From NCBI GenBank assembly GCA_031414535.1, contig JANNVQ010000054.1, positions 118,840 through 182,839 on the forward strand: a stretch of DNA of 64,000 nt, in the 5' to 3' direction. The notes beneath the pieces were generated by a model that did no database searches, was not told where the DNA came from, and saw nothing but the letters and a program-made list of their open reading frames with translations. This stretch comes from Gemmatimonas sp. (GTDB taxonomy: Bacteria; Gemmatimonadota; Gemmatimonadetes; Gemmatimonadales; Gemmatimonadaceae). Shown piece after piece: positions 19,938-29,831 of the stretch. The position numbers and the translations under genes were made by a program. Within the stretch, counting starts at the first letter, position 1; each line of letters starts with the position of its first letter.

Positions 19938-19949
19938 CCCGATGGGCCG

Positions 19950-21512
19950 CTACGAGCTGTGGGGCAGAGCAAAAAAGAAACTGCTGCCCTGCCCCACCTC
20001 GGACTCCACCCACATTCGACCCCCGTGAGCGAGGACGATAGCCCGGGCGATGTTCAGTCCCAGTCCCGTGCCGCCCTTCTCCACCGCGTCTGAGCGCGCA
20101 ATCTGCGTGAAGCGTTCAAAAATGCGCTCGATGGCTTCGGGCGGGATTCCGCGTCCCTCGTCTTGCACCCGCACTTGGCACTCGTCGAGCGTGTGGGACG
20201 CCGTGATAATGACACGCTTTCCGGCGGGTGTGAATTTGACGGCATTGCCCACCAGATTGATGATCACGCGTGCAATGCGATCGGGGTCAGCAAAGACCAT
20301 TTCGTCGCCCGGCATCCACTCAACCGTGACACCGCTTTGTTCGGCGTGGGGTGCTGTGGCATCCTTCGCAACGCTGAAGACCTCCGCAAGCGATATCGCG
20401 CGCCTCTCCATCGTGAGCTGACCCGCCTCGAGACGCTCGAGGTCGAGCAAGTCATTCACCAAGGCGAGCAGTCGCGCCGCGTTCCGCGATGCCAGCGCCA
20501 TCAGCTCTTTCGGCTTCGGTTCGAGGTTCGCGGGCAGCAGGCGGGAGAGCAGTTGTAGCGCGCCCTGGACCGCCCCAATCGGCGTTCGCAGTTCGTGACT
20601 GACCACGCCAATCAGTTGATCCTTTGCGCGCTCAATCTGCCGCGCCGCCGTGACATCGATTCCGTAGAATTGAATTCCACGCAGGGTACCGCGGCGCACG
20701 GCGGGTACGAGGCGTCCTTCCACTTCCACCGGCGCGCCCTCGGCCGGAAGGAAGCGCAGTTCCACCGGCGTCTCTTGGCCAAGCTCGCGCGCCATCGTCC
20801 ACGCCACATCGAATCGTGCGCGACTCGCCACATCCATCCGCGGTGTCATCCATCCCGGAGTCGGCGCGAGAGGCGGCTCGCCGACGGCGCGTCGGAAGGC
20901 GGCGTTTGCGTAACGGATTGCGCAATCCGGGCCGAGACGCACCACGAACTCACGCGTGCTCTCAAGCAGCGACTCCAACTGCGCACCTTGCTCCTCGAGC
21001 AAGCGCATGGTCGAGCGAAGCTCAATCTCCGTCATCGCGGCCTGCGCAAGGTCCTGCAGCGCGTCCAAGTCCTCCTGTCGCCACTCACGCCCCTCGCTGT
21101 CAAACACGCAGAACGAGCCGAGGACCTGGCCGTCGGATGTGCGCAAGGGCATTCCGGCGTAGGCGTGGATGCCGTACTCGTTGATGGAGTGATTGTCGTG
21201 CACGAGAGGATGCACGCTAGAATTTGGAACGATCAGCGGGGCGCCCGTAGACACCACGTGCTGACAGAACGAGTAGTCGAGGGTCGTCTCTCGCGCCGCC
21301 ACCAAGGCGGCGTTCAATCCGCTGTGGGCCGCAAAGAACTGCCGGTTGCGATCCACGAGCGACACCACGGCCGTGGGCACGCCGAGCATGCGGCGCGTGA
21401 GGCGCGTGAGACGTTCAAGGGCTGGGTCCACTGGGCCGTCCAACAGCCCCGTCTCCTGCAACGCCTCTAGCCGTTTTGGAGACTCAATATTGAGACGGTC
21501 GGCTAGAGGCAT
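19950..21512 (-). CDS. GAF-PAS sensor histidine kinase (cytoplasmic, no adjacent regulator)
   Basis: GAF (SFCQHVV, YAGMPL), SHELRTP, NLVGNAVKF, DEGRGI, GTGLGL. Confidence 0.93.
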   Translation of the reverse strand: MPLADRLNIESPKRLEALQETGLLDGPVDPALERLTRLTRRMLGVPTAVVSLVDRNRQFFAAHSGLNAALVAARETTLDYSFCQHVVSTGAPLIVPNSSVHPLVHDNHSINEYGIHAYAGMPLRTSDGQVLGSFCVFDSEGREWRQEDLDALQDLAQAAMTEIELRSTMRLLEEQGAQLESLLESTREFVVRLGPDCAIRYANAAFRRAVGEPPLAPTPGWMTPRMDVASRARFDVAWTMARELGQETPVELRFLPAEGAPVEVEGRLVPAVRRGTLRGIQFYGIDVTAARQIERAKDQLIGVVSHELRTPIGAVQGALQLLSRLLPANLEPKPKELMALASRNAARLLALVNDLLDLERLEAGQLTMERRAISLAEVFSVAKDATAPHAEQSGVTVEWMPGDEMVFADPDRIARVIINLVGNAVKFTPAGKRVIITASHTLDECQVRVQDEGRGIPPEAIERIFERFTQIARSDAVEKGGTGLGLNIARAIVLAHGGRMWVESEVGQGSSFFFALPHSS

Positions 21513-21622
21513 CCTTCAATATTCCCCAATCGGGGAGCGATTGCGAGGGTCTCGGTCGGGGCAATCCCTGACGCTGGACAACTACCTCGACAGACTCGCC
21601 CCCGGAGCGGCAATTGGGTGCA

Positions 21623-24022
21623 TCAGGGCCAAGGGAGTGCGATGATGGCGTAGCGCGTGCGGTTGCCAGGCTGGTCCTCGCCATCCATGATAATCTTGAT
21701 CTCGCGTATCGCCGCGGCACGGAGCGCATCGTTCGCCACGTTGCCGGATGGCGCCGCCGACTCCAGGCGCGCCGCGAGCATCTCGAGGTGGAGGGCCACC
21801 ACCTGCCGCACATCTGCGGTTGCCCGCGCGTCACCGGCGCGGTCAAGCATGGTGTTGAGCACCACGCGCCGCACCACGCGCTGGAGCGCGAGCGCACTCG
21901 GCCCCTGAGCATCCGGCGCGTGCCACGTGCGTTGGAGAATGGTCTCCATCAGTTCGTTGAGATTCATCTGCTGCGCATCGCGCGCAAAGAACAGCGATAC
22001 GCGGTTCATGCGCTCGCGATCCATCAGGCCCTCGATGACTTCCGTGGCGAGGCCGCCAGCGAGCGCCACTTGATCGACCGTGGTTCCGGCGCGCGGCAGC
22101 CAGTCGTAGCCCGCATCACCTCCGGGCGGAACAGGCGGAATGAGCGCTAGCACGCGCTCCGGCACTTCGAGCAGGGCCGGTTGCAGCGCATCGAGCACTA
22201 GCGTGAGCGCCGCACGCTGCTCGGCCACAGGAATCACCGTCGTGGGAACCTGGCCATCGCCACGCATGGCATAGCGGAAGTCCATGCCGCCTACGTACTT
22301 GATGGCACCCTCCAGCGAATAGCGATGATGCAGGTATACATGCAGAAATCGCATGGAGAGCAGGTACATCGGCTCGCCAGGCTGAATAGCACGCTCGTCA
22401 AAGGCACGCATGGCCACGCGGCGCACCGCCACCGTGCGATTCACCGCGTCCATCATCGTCGCACCCTCCTCCCAGCGCGTCGCGTTGGGAATGGAGCCAT
22501 CGGCACCCGCGTGCTGATCGGCAACAAAGCGCACGTCACGGCGAATGCCCTCTTGCACGATGCGCGCGAGTCCTTCGGCCTCCGCACGCTCGTTGGCGTA
22601 CCACGTATAGCCGTAGCGAATTGCCAGCGAATCCCAAGCGCCAGCCATCGGCGCATAGGCCTTGCTCAAGTCCAACGCGCCATTCGCATCAACCGTGATG
22701 AGCGGGAACGGATAATCCATCACCGACGAACGGCCCTGCGATGAGGCGATGTAGTTGTGCGACAGGCCGAGCGTGTGACCAATCTCGTGCGCCGTGTGCT
22801 GCTTGCGGCGCTCCATGGCAAACGCCTCTGCGGTCACGTTCAAGCCACGAGTGCCAGCGGCGGGAACGAGGCCGGCCCAGATATTGTAGTCCACAAGCGA
22901 CCGATACGAATCCATGCGCACCACAGTGCGCACAATCTCACCCGTGCGCGGATCGGAGAACGAGGGGCCCACCGAGGGGCCGAAGCTGTTGCGGTGCACC
23001 CAGTAGATGAGGTTGTAGCGCGCGTCCATCGGGTCGGCGCCAGCGGGGAGGTCGAGGACTTGGAACGCGTTCCGGAAACCCGCCGCCTCAAACACCTTGT
23101 TCCACCACATGCCGCCTTCGCGGAAGGCCGACTTGTAGGGCTCGGGAATCCCAGGGTCCAGATAGTAGACCACCGGATTCACCGGCTCCGTCAACTGACC
23201 GCGCGCATAGGCGGCAGGATCGCGCGGCACGAGCCGCCAACGATTGATCACGCTGCCGCGATACGTGCCGTCGAATCCTTGCGAGAAATCTAGGAAGCCT
23301 TGTCCGAAGTAGCCCGAGCGCGGGTCGCCCACACGAGGACGGAATCCTTGGGCATCCGGCAGCGCGACGATTGAGTGATGAATTTCAAACACCGGGCTGC
23401 TCGCGTCCGCGGCAAAGCGACGCAGTGCCCCGCCGGCGTTGTCCACGTTGAAGGTCAGCACCGCGTGAATCTCTGCGTTCCGTGGAAAAGCCTTGGTGCG
23501 CTCGGTATCGAACCAGCTGCGCGTTGCATCCACGCGCGCACTGCCCTGCTGCGCGCGGCGGAGCGACTCACCCACGCCGTAGGTGTCGGAGAGAAAAAAG
23601 CTCGTAGCGTCCACCACGAGACGGCCGCCCGTATCGGACTCGATGGGGAACGAGGCGAGCACCGCCCGCGGGAACGCCTCCGCCGCCGCGCGCTGTCCCG
23701 CCGCGTCGGCAGCCGGTGCGCGCGTAATCTGATTGTCCGCCACCATCAGGACGCGACGACCGCGGCGCTCAAGGCGGATGATGGTTGCCTCGCCGGTCTG
23801 GCCGCGGTCGAGTCCAAGTGCGGCAACGCCCGCACCCGTGGCAAGCACGCTCTGGTGTAACAAGTCCTTGTCGAGTTGCCCGATGGGAATCTCGAGCAAG
23901 AGCTTGTTGCGGTCGGCGTCCACGCGCACACCGACGAGTGGCGCGGGGGACTGGGCGGCGAGCGAGGCGGCCGCGCAAGCGACGAGGACCAGCACACGGA
24001 ATGCCTGACGGGCGTATCGCAT
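21623..24022 (-). CDS. Secreted zinc-dependent metalloprotease (Met-zincin, DUF5117/DUF4953 type)
   Basis: Signal peptide; HEIGHTLGLSH; SSVMDY Met-turn. Confidence 0.9.
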   Translation of the reverse strand: MRYARQAFRVLVLVACAAASLAAQSPAPLVGVRVDADRNKLLLEIPIGQLDKDLLHQSVLATGAGVAALGLDRGQTGEATIIRLERRGRRVLMVADNQITRAPAADAAGQRAAAEAFPRAVLASFPIESDTGGRLVVDATSFFLSDTYGVGESLRRAQQGSARVDATRSWFDTERTKAFPRNAEIHAVLTFNVDNAGGALRRFAADASSPVFEIHHSIVALPDAQGFRPRVGDPRSGYFGQGFLDFSQGFDGTYRGSVINRWRLVPRDPAAYARGQLTEPVNPVVYYLDPGIPEPYKSAFREGGMWWNKVFEAAGFRNAFQVLDLPAGADPMDARYNLIYWVHRNSFGPSVGPSFSDPRTGEIVRTVVRMDSYRSLVDYNIWAGLVPAAGTRGLNVTAEAFAMERRKQHTAHEIGHTLGLSHNYIASSQGRSSVMDYPFPLITVDANGALDLSKAYAPMAGAWDSLAIRYGYTWYANERAEAEGLARIVQEGIRRDVRFVADQHAGADGSIPNATRWEEGATMMDAVNRTVAVRRVAMRAFDERAIQPGEPMYLLSMRFLHVYLHHRYSLEGAIKYVGGMDFRYAMRGDGQVPTTVIPVAEQRAALTLVLDALQPALLEVPERVLALIPPVPPGGDAGYDWLPRAGTTVDQVALAGGLATEVIEGLMDRERMNRVSLFFARDAQQMNLNELMETILQRTWHAPDAQGPSALALQRVVRRVVLNTMLDRAGDARATADVRQVVALHLEMLAARLESAAPSGNVANDALRAAAIREIKIIMDGEDQPGNRTRYAIIALPWP

Positions 24023-24050
24023 TGTGGGGACGGGTTGAGGTATTGAGATT

Positions 24051-25217
24051 CTAGTGTCCGCCGCCCGCGCTCGCCATCGAAAGATCGATGCCGGCGACGG
24101 TGACGAGGATGTTGCGACGAGGTGCGTCTTCCAGAAAGCCCGCGATGACCTCCTTGATGACGCCCTTGAGGAGATCGAGTGCGAGCACAGCCGCCAATGC
24201 GGCGAGCGGAATCCGGGTCAGCAACGCACCGGCGAACACGACGGCCAAAACCAGCAGCACACCGTGTACCAAGGCCGACAAGCGTTCGCGTCCACCGGCC
24301 GCCACGTTCGCGCCTCCGCGCACAATCACCGCCGTCACCGGCAAGCCACCCAAGAAACCCGAGACTGCATTCGCGGCGCCCTGCGCCATCAGTTCGCGGT
24401 CCAGCGGGCTCGTGCGACGCAGCGGATCTAATCGATCCACCGCTTGCAACGAGAGAAGGGTCTCGATGCTCGCCACGACGGCGATCGTCGCGGCGGCGAG
24501 CCAAACCGCCGGATTGCCGATTCCCGCCAAGTCCGGGCGAGGCAGCGCGGCCACGAGCGCCAACACACCACCAAGCGGCAAGTCCACAAGCTGCGAAGAT
24601 GCGAGCGCGAGGCTCGGGTGCTCTCCGAAAAGCAGGCCAAGCACACTGGTCAGTACGACCACCACGAGGGCGGGCGAAACTAGCTTCATCTTGCTGAGCG
24701 GCGTGTGGCGCCAGCCGAAGAGCACGAGGAGCGACAAGGCGGTGAGAAGAGTTGCGCCTAGGTGGAACTGCAAGCCGATATCCCGAAAATCTCCCGTCGC
24801 GCCGAAGGCGGCAGGTAATTGCTTCCAGATGATGGTGATGCCGATTGCCGCGAGCATGCCCTTGATAACACTCGAGGGCACGAGGCTCGCCAAACGACCC
24901 GTGCGCAACACGCCGAGGAGAATCTGCAGGCCCCCCGAGAGCAGTGTGGCCGTCAGGAAAAGCTCCAATGAGCCAAGCGCGGCGATTTCCGCAATGACGA
25001 TGGCCGTCAGACCAGCCGCTGGGCCGGTCACGGAGAGCGGTGAGCGACTCAGCCAGGGGACGAGCAAACCGCCCACGGCGCCCGCCACGAGTCCCGAGAT
25101 TGGTGGCACGCCACAAGCCAGCGCGATGCCCAGACACAGGGGGAGTGCCACCAAGAACACCACTACTCCCGCTACGACGTCCTGCCGAGGATAGGAGAAC
25201 ATATTGGCGGAGGGCAT
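24051..25217 (-). CDS. SulP family anion transporter, apparently internally deleted (possible pseudogene)
   Basis: DVVAGVVVFLVALPLCLGIALA, TGPAAGL, GGLPVTAVIVR; only 388 aa, last TMs and most of the STAS region missing. Confidence 0.8.
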   Translation of the reverse strand: MPSANMFSYPRQDVVAGVVVFLVALPLCLGIALACGVPPISGLVAGAVGGLLVPWLSRSPLSVTGPAAGLTAIVIAEIAALGSLELFLTATLLSGGLQILLGVLRTGRLASLVPSSVIKGMLAAIGITIIWKQLPAAFGATGDFRDIGLQFHLGATLLTALSLLVLFGWRHTPLSKMKLVSPALVVVVLTSVLGLLFGEHPSLALASSQLVDLPLGGVLALVAALPRPDLAGIGNPAVWLAAATIAVVASIETLLSLQAVDRLDPLRRTSPLDRELMAQGAANAVSGFLGGLPVTAVIVRGGANVAAGGRERLSALVHGVLLVLAVVFAGALLTRIPLAALAAVLALDLLKGVIKEVIAGFLEDAPRRNILVTVAGIDLSMASAGGGH

Positions 25218-25226
25218 CTCGAAGAA

Positions 25227-25252
25227 TACGCTTCCCGCCTGCTTGATGTTCA
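25227..25252 (-). promoter_or_regulatory. ECF-type promoter candidate
   Basis: TGAAC-N17-CGTA, 9 nt before the SulP ATG. Confidence 0.45.
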
Positions 25253-25861
25253 GAAACCCTGCTTATCGCTCCGCGGGATCTGTTCAGGCTCTACGGCACG
25301 GTTGGCCAAGAGCTGCGTCACGAAGCGCTGCCCCTCGCCAACGCGCTCAATTTCAACGGCAGTAGCTTCGACGGCTCGCTCAATCGAGTCCAGTCGCTGA
25401 GTGAGTTCCGACGTCATGGTGAGGGTGACCGCCGATTTTCTCCACAAGCGTCTCGCAAAGGCGATGACGAGCGGGAACCCAAGTACGAGCGTGATGACAA
25501 GTGTGCCGACCATAACCATCTCGAAGCGCTCATTGGACGCATCGGCTACCGACGGCTGCGTGCTGCCAGGGAGAGCCGCGCTCTGTGCCTCATGCACCTG
25601 CGCCGCCGCAAGTTGCTCGCGCAAATCAAGCAGCCGCGCATCGGCAGCTTTGAGGCGCTGCTCCAAGCCCTTGTAATCCTCTCCAACCACATTTGGCTGG
25701 CGCAGTTCCTGCGCAATCTGGCTGCGCTCGTTCTCCGCGTCGTTCAATTGGTCTCGAATGAGCCGGCGCTGGGTCTGGGCAGCTTCGTACATCTGAGACG
25801 CCGTATAGGGCCCATTGGGGGCGGGCGGTGCGACAATCGCGGCGGGCTGTGCTTGAAGCAT
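25250..25861 (-). CDS. Hypothetical single-TM coiled-coil protein
   Basis: Coiled coil, TM, then RLDSIERAVEATAVEIERVGEGQRFVTQLL. Confidence 0.75.
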   Translation of the reverse strand: MLQAQPAAIVAPPAPNGPYTASQMYEAAQTQRRLIRDQLNDAENERSQIAQELRQPNVVGEDYKGLEQRLKAADARLLDLREQLAAAQVHEAQSAALPGSTQPSVADASNERFEMVMVGTLVITLVLGFPLVIAFARRLWRKSAVTLTMTSELTQRLDSIERAVEATAVEIERVGEGQRFVTQLLANRAVEPEQIPRSDKQGF

Positions 25862-25904
25862 CGGAGTGCTGGGAGAGAGTGGCGAGCCGTGCGGTAAACT
25901 GGCT

Positions 25905-25930
25905 TACGAGCCCGCGTGCCAGCAAGATTC
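25905..25930 (-). promoter_or_regulatory. ECF-type promoter candidate
   Basis: GAATC-N17-CGTA upstream of 25861. Confidence 0.4.
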
Positions 25931-25975
25931 GCCGCTCAAGGCATCAGACAAATGCATTGACTGCCCTTCCTCGCG

Positions 25976-28237
25976 CTACTCAGGCTTGCCGTAGCGCCGC
26001 TCGATTGCGTCGGCTTCCCCGGCGCGGCCTCTGGCCCGCAACAGATCCGCCAAGGCCTTGGCCGATTCCAAAACGTTCGCGTTCCCTGCCGGATACGCGC
26101 TGGCCCGAAGATCAAGCGCTCGCCGAAGCGCCGCTTCCGCGCCGCGAACATCACCGCGAGCAAGCATCACGCCTCCCAGAGCGTGCAAGGTCACGGCGAG
26201 CGAGGGATCCGTGGCTACGAGCCGCGCCTGCTTAATCGCCAAGGCCTGCCGCAAGAGTGGCTCCGCTTCGTTGAGTCGTCCAAGCCGCCACTGCGACTCA
26301 CCAATATTGTTGAGCACGGAGGCCATATTCGGATGATCCGCATCCAGCGTGCGTCTATAGATGCCAAGCGTGCGCCCGTAGTGCTGTAGCGCTTCCTCGT
26401 AGCGACCGAGCGAGTAGTACACCGCTCCGAGATTGTTCAACACACTCGCAAGTTCGGGGTGATCAGGCCCGAGCTTGGCCTCTCGCACTTCAAGCGCGCG
26501 CTTGAGGTAGGCCTCGGCGTCCTGCGAACGCCCCTGTGCCAAATAAATAATCCCGAGCCCCATCAAGTCGCGGGCAAGACGCGGATGATCTGGTTCTAGC
26601 GACGCGTCATCAATGCGCACGACGCGCAAAAACAAGCTCTCCGCCTCGGCAAAGCGGCCTTGGCGCCAACGCACGAGTCCGATGGCGGCAAGCAGCTGTG
26701 CGGACTCCGAGCTATTCACACCATGCTGCTTTTCGCGAATGACCAGCGCTTTGGTGAAGTTGAGGTCTGCCTCGTCGTACTTCCCGAGTGCCCGCGCCGC
26801 TTGGCCCAATGCGTAGTACGTCGTCGCGAGATCAGGAGAGTCCGCGGGCAAGACGGTCTCACGGGCGTCACGGGCCGCCTCAAGCTGCGTGACGGCGTCG
26901 TTGAAAAGTCCAAGCGAGAGATACGCGTCGCCGATGGTGTGCAGGATGCGTCCGCGCTGCTCCGGCTGCTCGGCCAGCTCACTGCGGGCCCGCAGGGCGC
27001 CGCGCGTCAGTAACTCGCGCGCCGTGATGTCGCCCGCCGGCACGGTGCCGCGCGGAGACTCACGGTCAAACACCGCGAAGAGCTCCACGACGAAGTCCGT
27101 AACGGAACGCGCCGCCTGCGCCTCGGCCGCCGCACGTTGCTCCGCTTGACGCGCACGCACCAATCCAACCGTCGCCAAGACGGCGCTCGATACGAGGGCC
27201 GCCGCCGCCAGCACGGCGGTGAGGACGCCGGCCCGATGCCGGCGCACGAACTTGCGCACCCGATACGCCGTCGACGGCGGCCGGGCCGACACGGGCTCAT
27301 CAGCACGGGCACGCTGCAAGTCGAGCAGCAACGCGTTTGCCGTGGGATAGCGGCGTGCACGGTCCGGTTCGAGGGCCAGTAACACAATCCAATCCAAATC
27401 GCCGTGGAGATCGCGAATCAGGCGATCGGGTTCCGTGCGACGCAGGTGCGAGATTGTGGTGCGCTCGTATTCCAATGACGCGTAGCGTGCGCTTGGCAAG
27501 GGCGTGGTCCATTCACGCGACGCGAGGCGCACGAGGAACGCGTGGTAGCCCATGGCTTCGGGATCAATCGGCAGCTTCCCGACGAGCAACTCGTACAGAA
27601 TGACGCCAAGCGAGTAAATGTCGGCGCGCGTATCCACGTCGAGGCCGGCTCCCTCGGCCTGCTCAGGACTCATGTACGCAGCAGTACCCAGCGCGACACC
27701 CACGTTCGTGATGAGCGTATTCTCGGTCAGCGGGCGCCCCACCGCCTTGGCGATACCGAAGTCAATGACCTTCGGCCGCGGCACACCATCCTCTTCTACC
27801 ACAAGGATGTTGCTTGGCTTGAGATCACGATGGATCACGCCTTTCTGATGCGCGTGCTGAACGGCGTGACAGACCTGGATGAAGAGGTCCACACGCTGTT
27901 CAATGGTCAGGCGGTGGAAGTCGCAGTAACTGGTGAGCGGCATGCCGCGCACCAGTTCCATCACTACGTAAGGATGGCCTGCGTCCGTCTCGCCGGCGGC
28001 GAGCACTTTCGCGATGCCGGCGTGGTCCATCAAGGCTAAAGCCTGGCGCTCAGCCTCGAAGCGCGCGACGACCTCGCGGGTCGCGAAGCCCGCACGAATG
28101 ACTTTGATGGCGACGCGACGGCGGACGGATCCCGTCTCGTCTGCTTCGTACACAATCCCCATCCCACCCTCGCCAAGGAGGCCGAGGATGCGATAGGGAC
28201 CGATGCGTTCTGGTAACGTCTCCGGAGGTGCCGTCAA
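25976..28237 (-). CDS. Hanks-type Ser/Thr protein kinase with TM and TPR repeats
   Basis: LGEGGMGIVY, VAIK, HRDLKPSN, IDFG, YMSPEQ; TM; kinesin-light-chain-like TPRs. Confidence 0.95.
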   Translation of the reverse strand: MTAPPETLPERIGPYRILGLLGEGGMGIVYEADETGSVRRRVAIKVIRAGFATREVVARFEAERQALALMDHAGIAKVLAAGETDAGHPYVVMELVRGMPLTSYCDFHRLTIEQRVDLFIQVCHAVQHAHQKGVIHRDLKPSNILVVEEDGVPRPKVIDFGIAKAVGRPLTENTLITNVGVALGTAAYMSPEQAEGAGLDVDTRADIYSLGVILYELLVGKLPIDPEAMGYHAFLVRLASREWTTPLPSARYASLEYERTTISHLRRTEPDRLIRDLHGDLDWIVLLALEPDRARRYPTANALLLDLQRARADEPVSARPPSTAYRVRKFVRRHRAGVLTAVLAAAALVSSAVLATVGLVRARQAEQRAAAEAQAARSVTDFVVELFAVFDRESPRGTVPAGDITARELLTRGALRARSELAEQPEQRGRILHTIGDAYLSLGLFNDAVTQLEAARDARETVLPADSPDLATTYYALGQAARALGKYDEADLNFTKALVIREKQHGVNSSESAQLLAAIGLVRWRQGRFAEAESLFLRVVRIDDASLEPDHPRLARDLMGLGIIYLAQGRSQDAEAYLKRALEVREAKLGPDHPELASVLNNLGAVYYSLGRYEEALQHYGRTLGIYRRTLDADHPNMASVLNNIGESQWRLGRLNEAEPLLRQALAIKQARLVATDPSLAVTLHALGGVMLARGDVRGAEAALRRALDLRASAYPAGNANVLESAKALADLLRARGRAGEADAIERRYGKPE

Positions 28238-28243
28238 GAAGCG

Positions 28244-28681
28244 TTAGAGGTCAATGATGATGTCTGGATCGATTTCTGCCTTCTCTGGCCCGCGGCACCG
28301 CCCCTTGATCTCGTACCGGTAGAGGCCCTCGGCGTCGGGCTTCATATCATTGCCCCTCGCGGGGTTGCCCGGAGCGCCTTCAACTTCAGACCGCTGAAAC
28401 AGCCAGCGTCCGAAGAAATTCTTCTTCTTGACTTTGAAGCCCTCGACATCGGACTCGGGCGTCAGCACCCACTCGATGGTATCGCCGCGCTTCGCCGTCA
28501 CGGACGAGTCGCTCACCCAATCATCGGTATCGTTGCCGCAGGTCAGGTTCACCGTAACAGTGTGCGTCTCACTGCGCCTCACGCCCACTTTTGACGAAGC
28601 CTCACGGGGCCGTGCTGGCATCGCGGCAAAGCCCACAGCAAAAATCGCGAGGACGAGAATCAGCGCACGATTTCTGGGCAA
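28244..28681 (-). CDS. Hypothetical small exported beta-rich protein
   Basis: Probable TTG start, hydrophobic signal peptide, two Cys, ends IDPDIIIDL; 6 nt upstream of the kinase. Confidence 0.6.
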   Translation of the reverse strand: MPRNRALILVLAIFAVGFAAMPARPREASSKVGVRRSETHTVTVNLTCGNDTDDWVSDSSVTAKRGDTIEWVLTPESDVEGFKVKKKNFFGRWLFQRSEVEGAPGNPARGNDMKPDAEGLYRYEIKGRCRGPEKAEIDPDIIIDL

Positions 28682-28729
28682 AGAGGAACTCCGGTCGTTG
28701 GGGTTGCTAGAGGATGGGTGTTCGCCCCC

Positions 28730-28745
28730 TGTGACGCAAGTCACT
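28730..28745. promoter_or_regulatory. CRP/FNR-family-like site
   Basis: TGTGA-CGCAAG-TCACT in a divergent intergenic region. Confidence 0.4.
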
Positions 28746-28827
28746 CTGTTGCGAACTTGTGGGGGTATCACCACGTTCATCCGTCTCCAGCCTGCCACCA
28801 CCCGCCTGCCCCCCGGGACATTCCCCA

Positions 28828-29268
28828 ATGCGCTTTCGCTCTAAATTCTTCGCTTTTCTCCTCGTCCTCGGCGCCGCATCGGCCCCGCTTTCGGCCCAGG
28901 GCAGTGCCCCCGCCCCGCAGCCGCAGCCGCCGGCTCCGGAGATCTTCTTCCGCGCCCCCGCCGACGGTGCCACGGTTGGGCAGACCTTCCCTGTGGTGTT
29001 TGGGCTCCGCAACTACGGCGTCGCGCCGGCCGGCCTTCAGTATCCGCGCACCGGGCACTTTCACGTATTGATCAACGTGGAGCCGCCAGCCGCGGGTGTC
29101 GTGATTCCCGCCGACTCCCTGCACCGCCACTACGGCGCCGGCCAAATCGAGACCTCGCTCAACTTGGCACCGGGGACCTACACGCTGCGTCTCGTCCTCG
29201 CCGATTTCGAACACAAGGTCATCGGCCCGCAGCTGACGTCGCGGCCCATCCGCATCACGGTTCGCTGA
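28828..29268 (+). CDS. DUF4399 domain exported protein
   Basis: Signal peptide; GVAPAG, TGHFHVLI, HYGAGQIET, LAPGTYTLRL. Confidence 0.85.
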   Translation: MRFRSKFFAFLLVLGAASAPLSAQGSAPAPQPQPPAPEIFFRAPADGATVGQTFPVVFGLRNYGVAPAGLQYPRTGHFHVLINVEPPAAGVVIPADSLHRHYGAGQIETSLNLAPGTYTLRLVLADFEHKVIGPQLTSRPIRITVR

Positions 29269-29275
29269 GCCGCAC

Positions 29276-29680
29276 GTGGCCTTCTATCTCAAGCTCTACG
29301 CCGCCTGCACGGCCGTGTTCTTCGCCCTCGACATCACCTGGCTGGGATTCGTCGCCAAGGGCTTCTACCAGCGCCAGATGGGGCATTTACTCGCCGACGA
29401 AACCAAGTGGGGCGCCGCCGTCGCGTTCTATTTGATTTACGTGGCGGCCATCGTTGTGCTCTGCGTGATTCCCGCCGTGGAGAAGCAGAGCGTGGCGCGT
29501 GCACTCGCGCTTGGTGCGGTGTTTGGGCTCGCGGCCTACGCGGCCTTTGACCTCACCTCGCTGGCGCTACTCAAAGGATTCCCCGGGGGCGTGGTGCCCA
29601 TCGACCTCGCCTGGGGTGTCGTGCTCACCGCTTCAGTGAGCGCCGCCGGCTATTACGCCGCAGGTTGGTTGCAGCGGTAG
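29276..29680 (+). CDS. DUF2177 family membrane protein
   Basis: LDITWL, AFYLIY, AYAAFDLT, DLAWG. Confidence 0.88.
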   Translation: MAFYLKLYAACTAVFFALDITWLGFVAKGFYQRQMGHLLADETKWGAAVAFYLIYVAAIVVLCVIPAVEKQSVARALALGAVFGLAAYAAFDLTSLALLKGFPGGVVPIDLAWGVVLTASVSAAGYYAAGWLQR

Positions 29681-29691
29681 GACACTGCGGG

Positions 29692-29822
29692 TCACCACGG
29701 AGGCACGGAGACGCAGAGAACCGCAGAGTCTACAATGAGGGGGCTCGCACCGATGATTCGGAGCGAGCCCCCTTCAAGTACCTCGATGTTGCTGTCTCTG
29801 AGCCTCCGTGCCTCCGTGGTGA
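29692..29822. repeat. Palindromic CACGGAGG-type element, copy A, with internal hairpin between convergent genes
   Basis: TCACCACGGAGGCACGGAGACGCAGAG...CTCTGAGCCTCCGTGCCTCCGTGGTGA; inner GGGGGCTCGC..GCGAGCCCCC. Confidence 0.88.
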
Positions 29823-29831
29823 AAAAGCCGC

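Noticed and set aside
21513..21622. Possible c-di-GMP riboswitch before the GAF kinase
   Set aside because: No convincing two-hairpin GEMM signature on either strand.
23746..25194. 463-aa (-) and 368-aa (+) ORFs over SulP
   Set aside because: Alternative-frame ORFs with Arg/Ala/Pro-rich composition; neither supplies the missing SulP segments.
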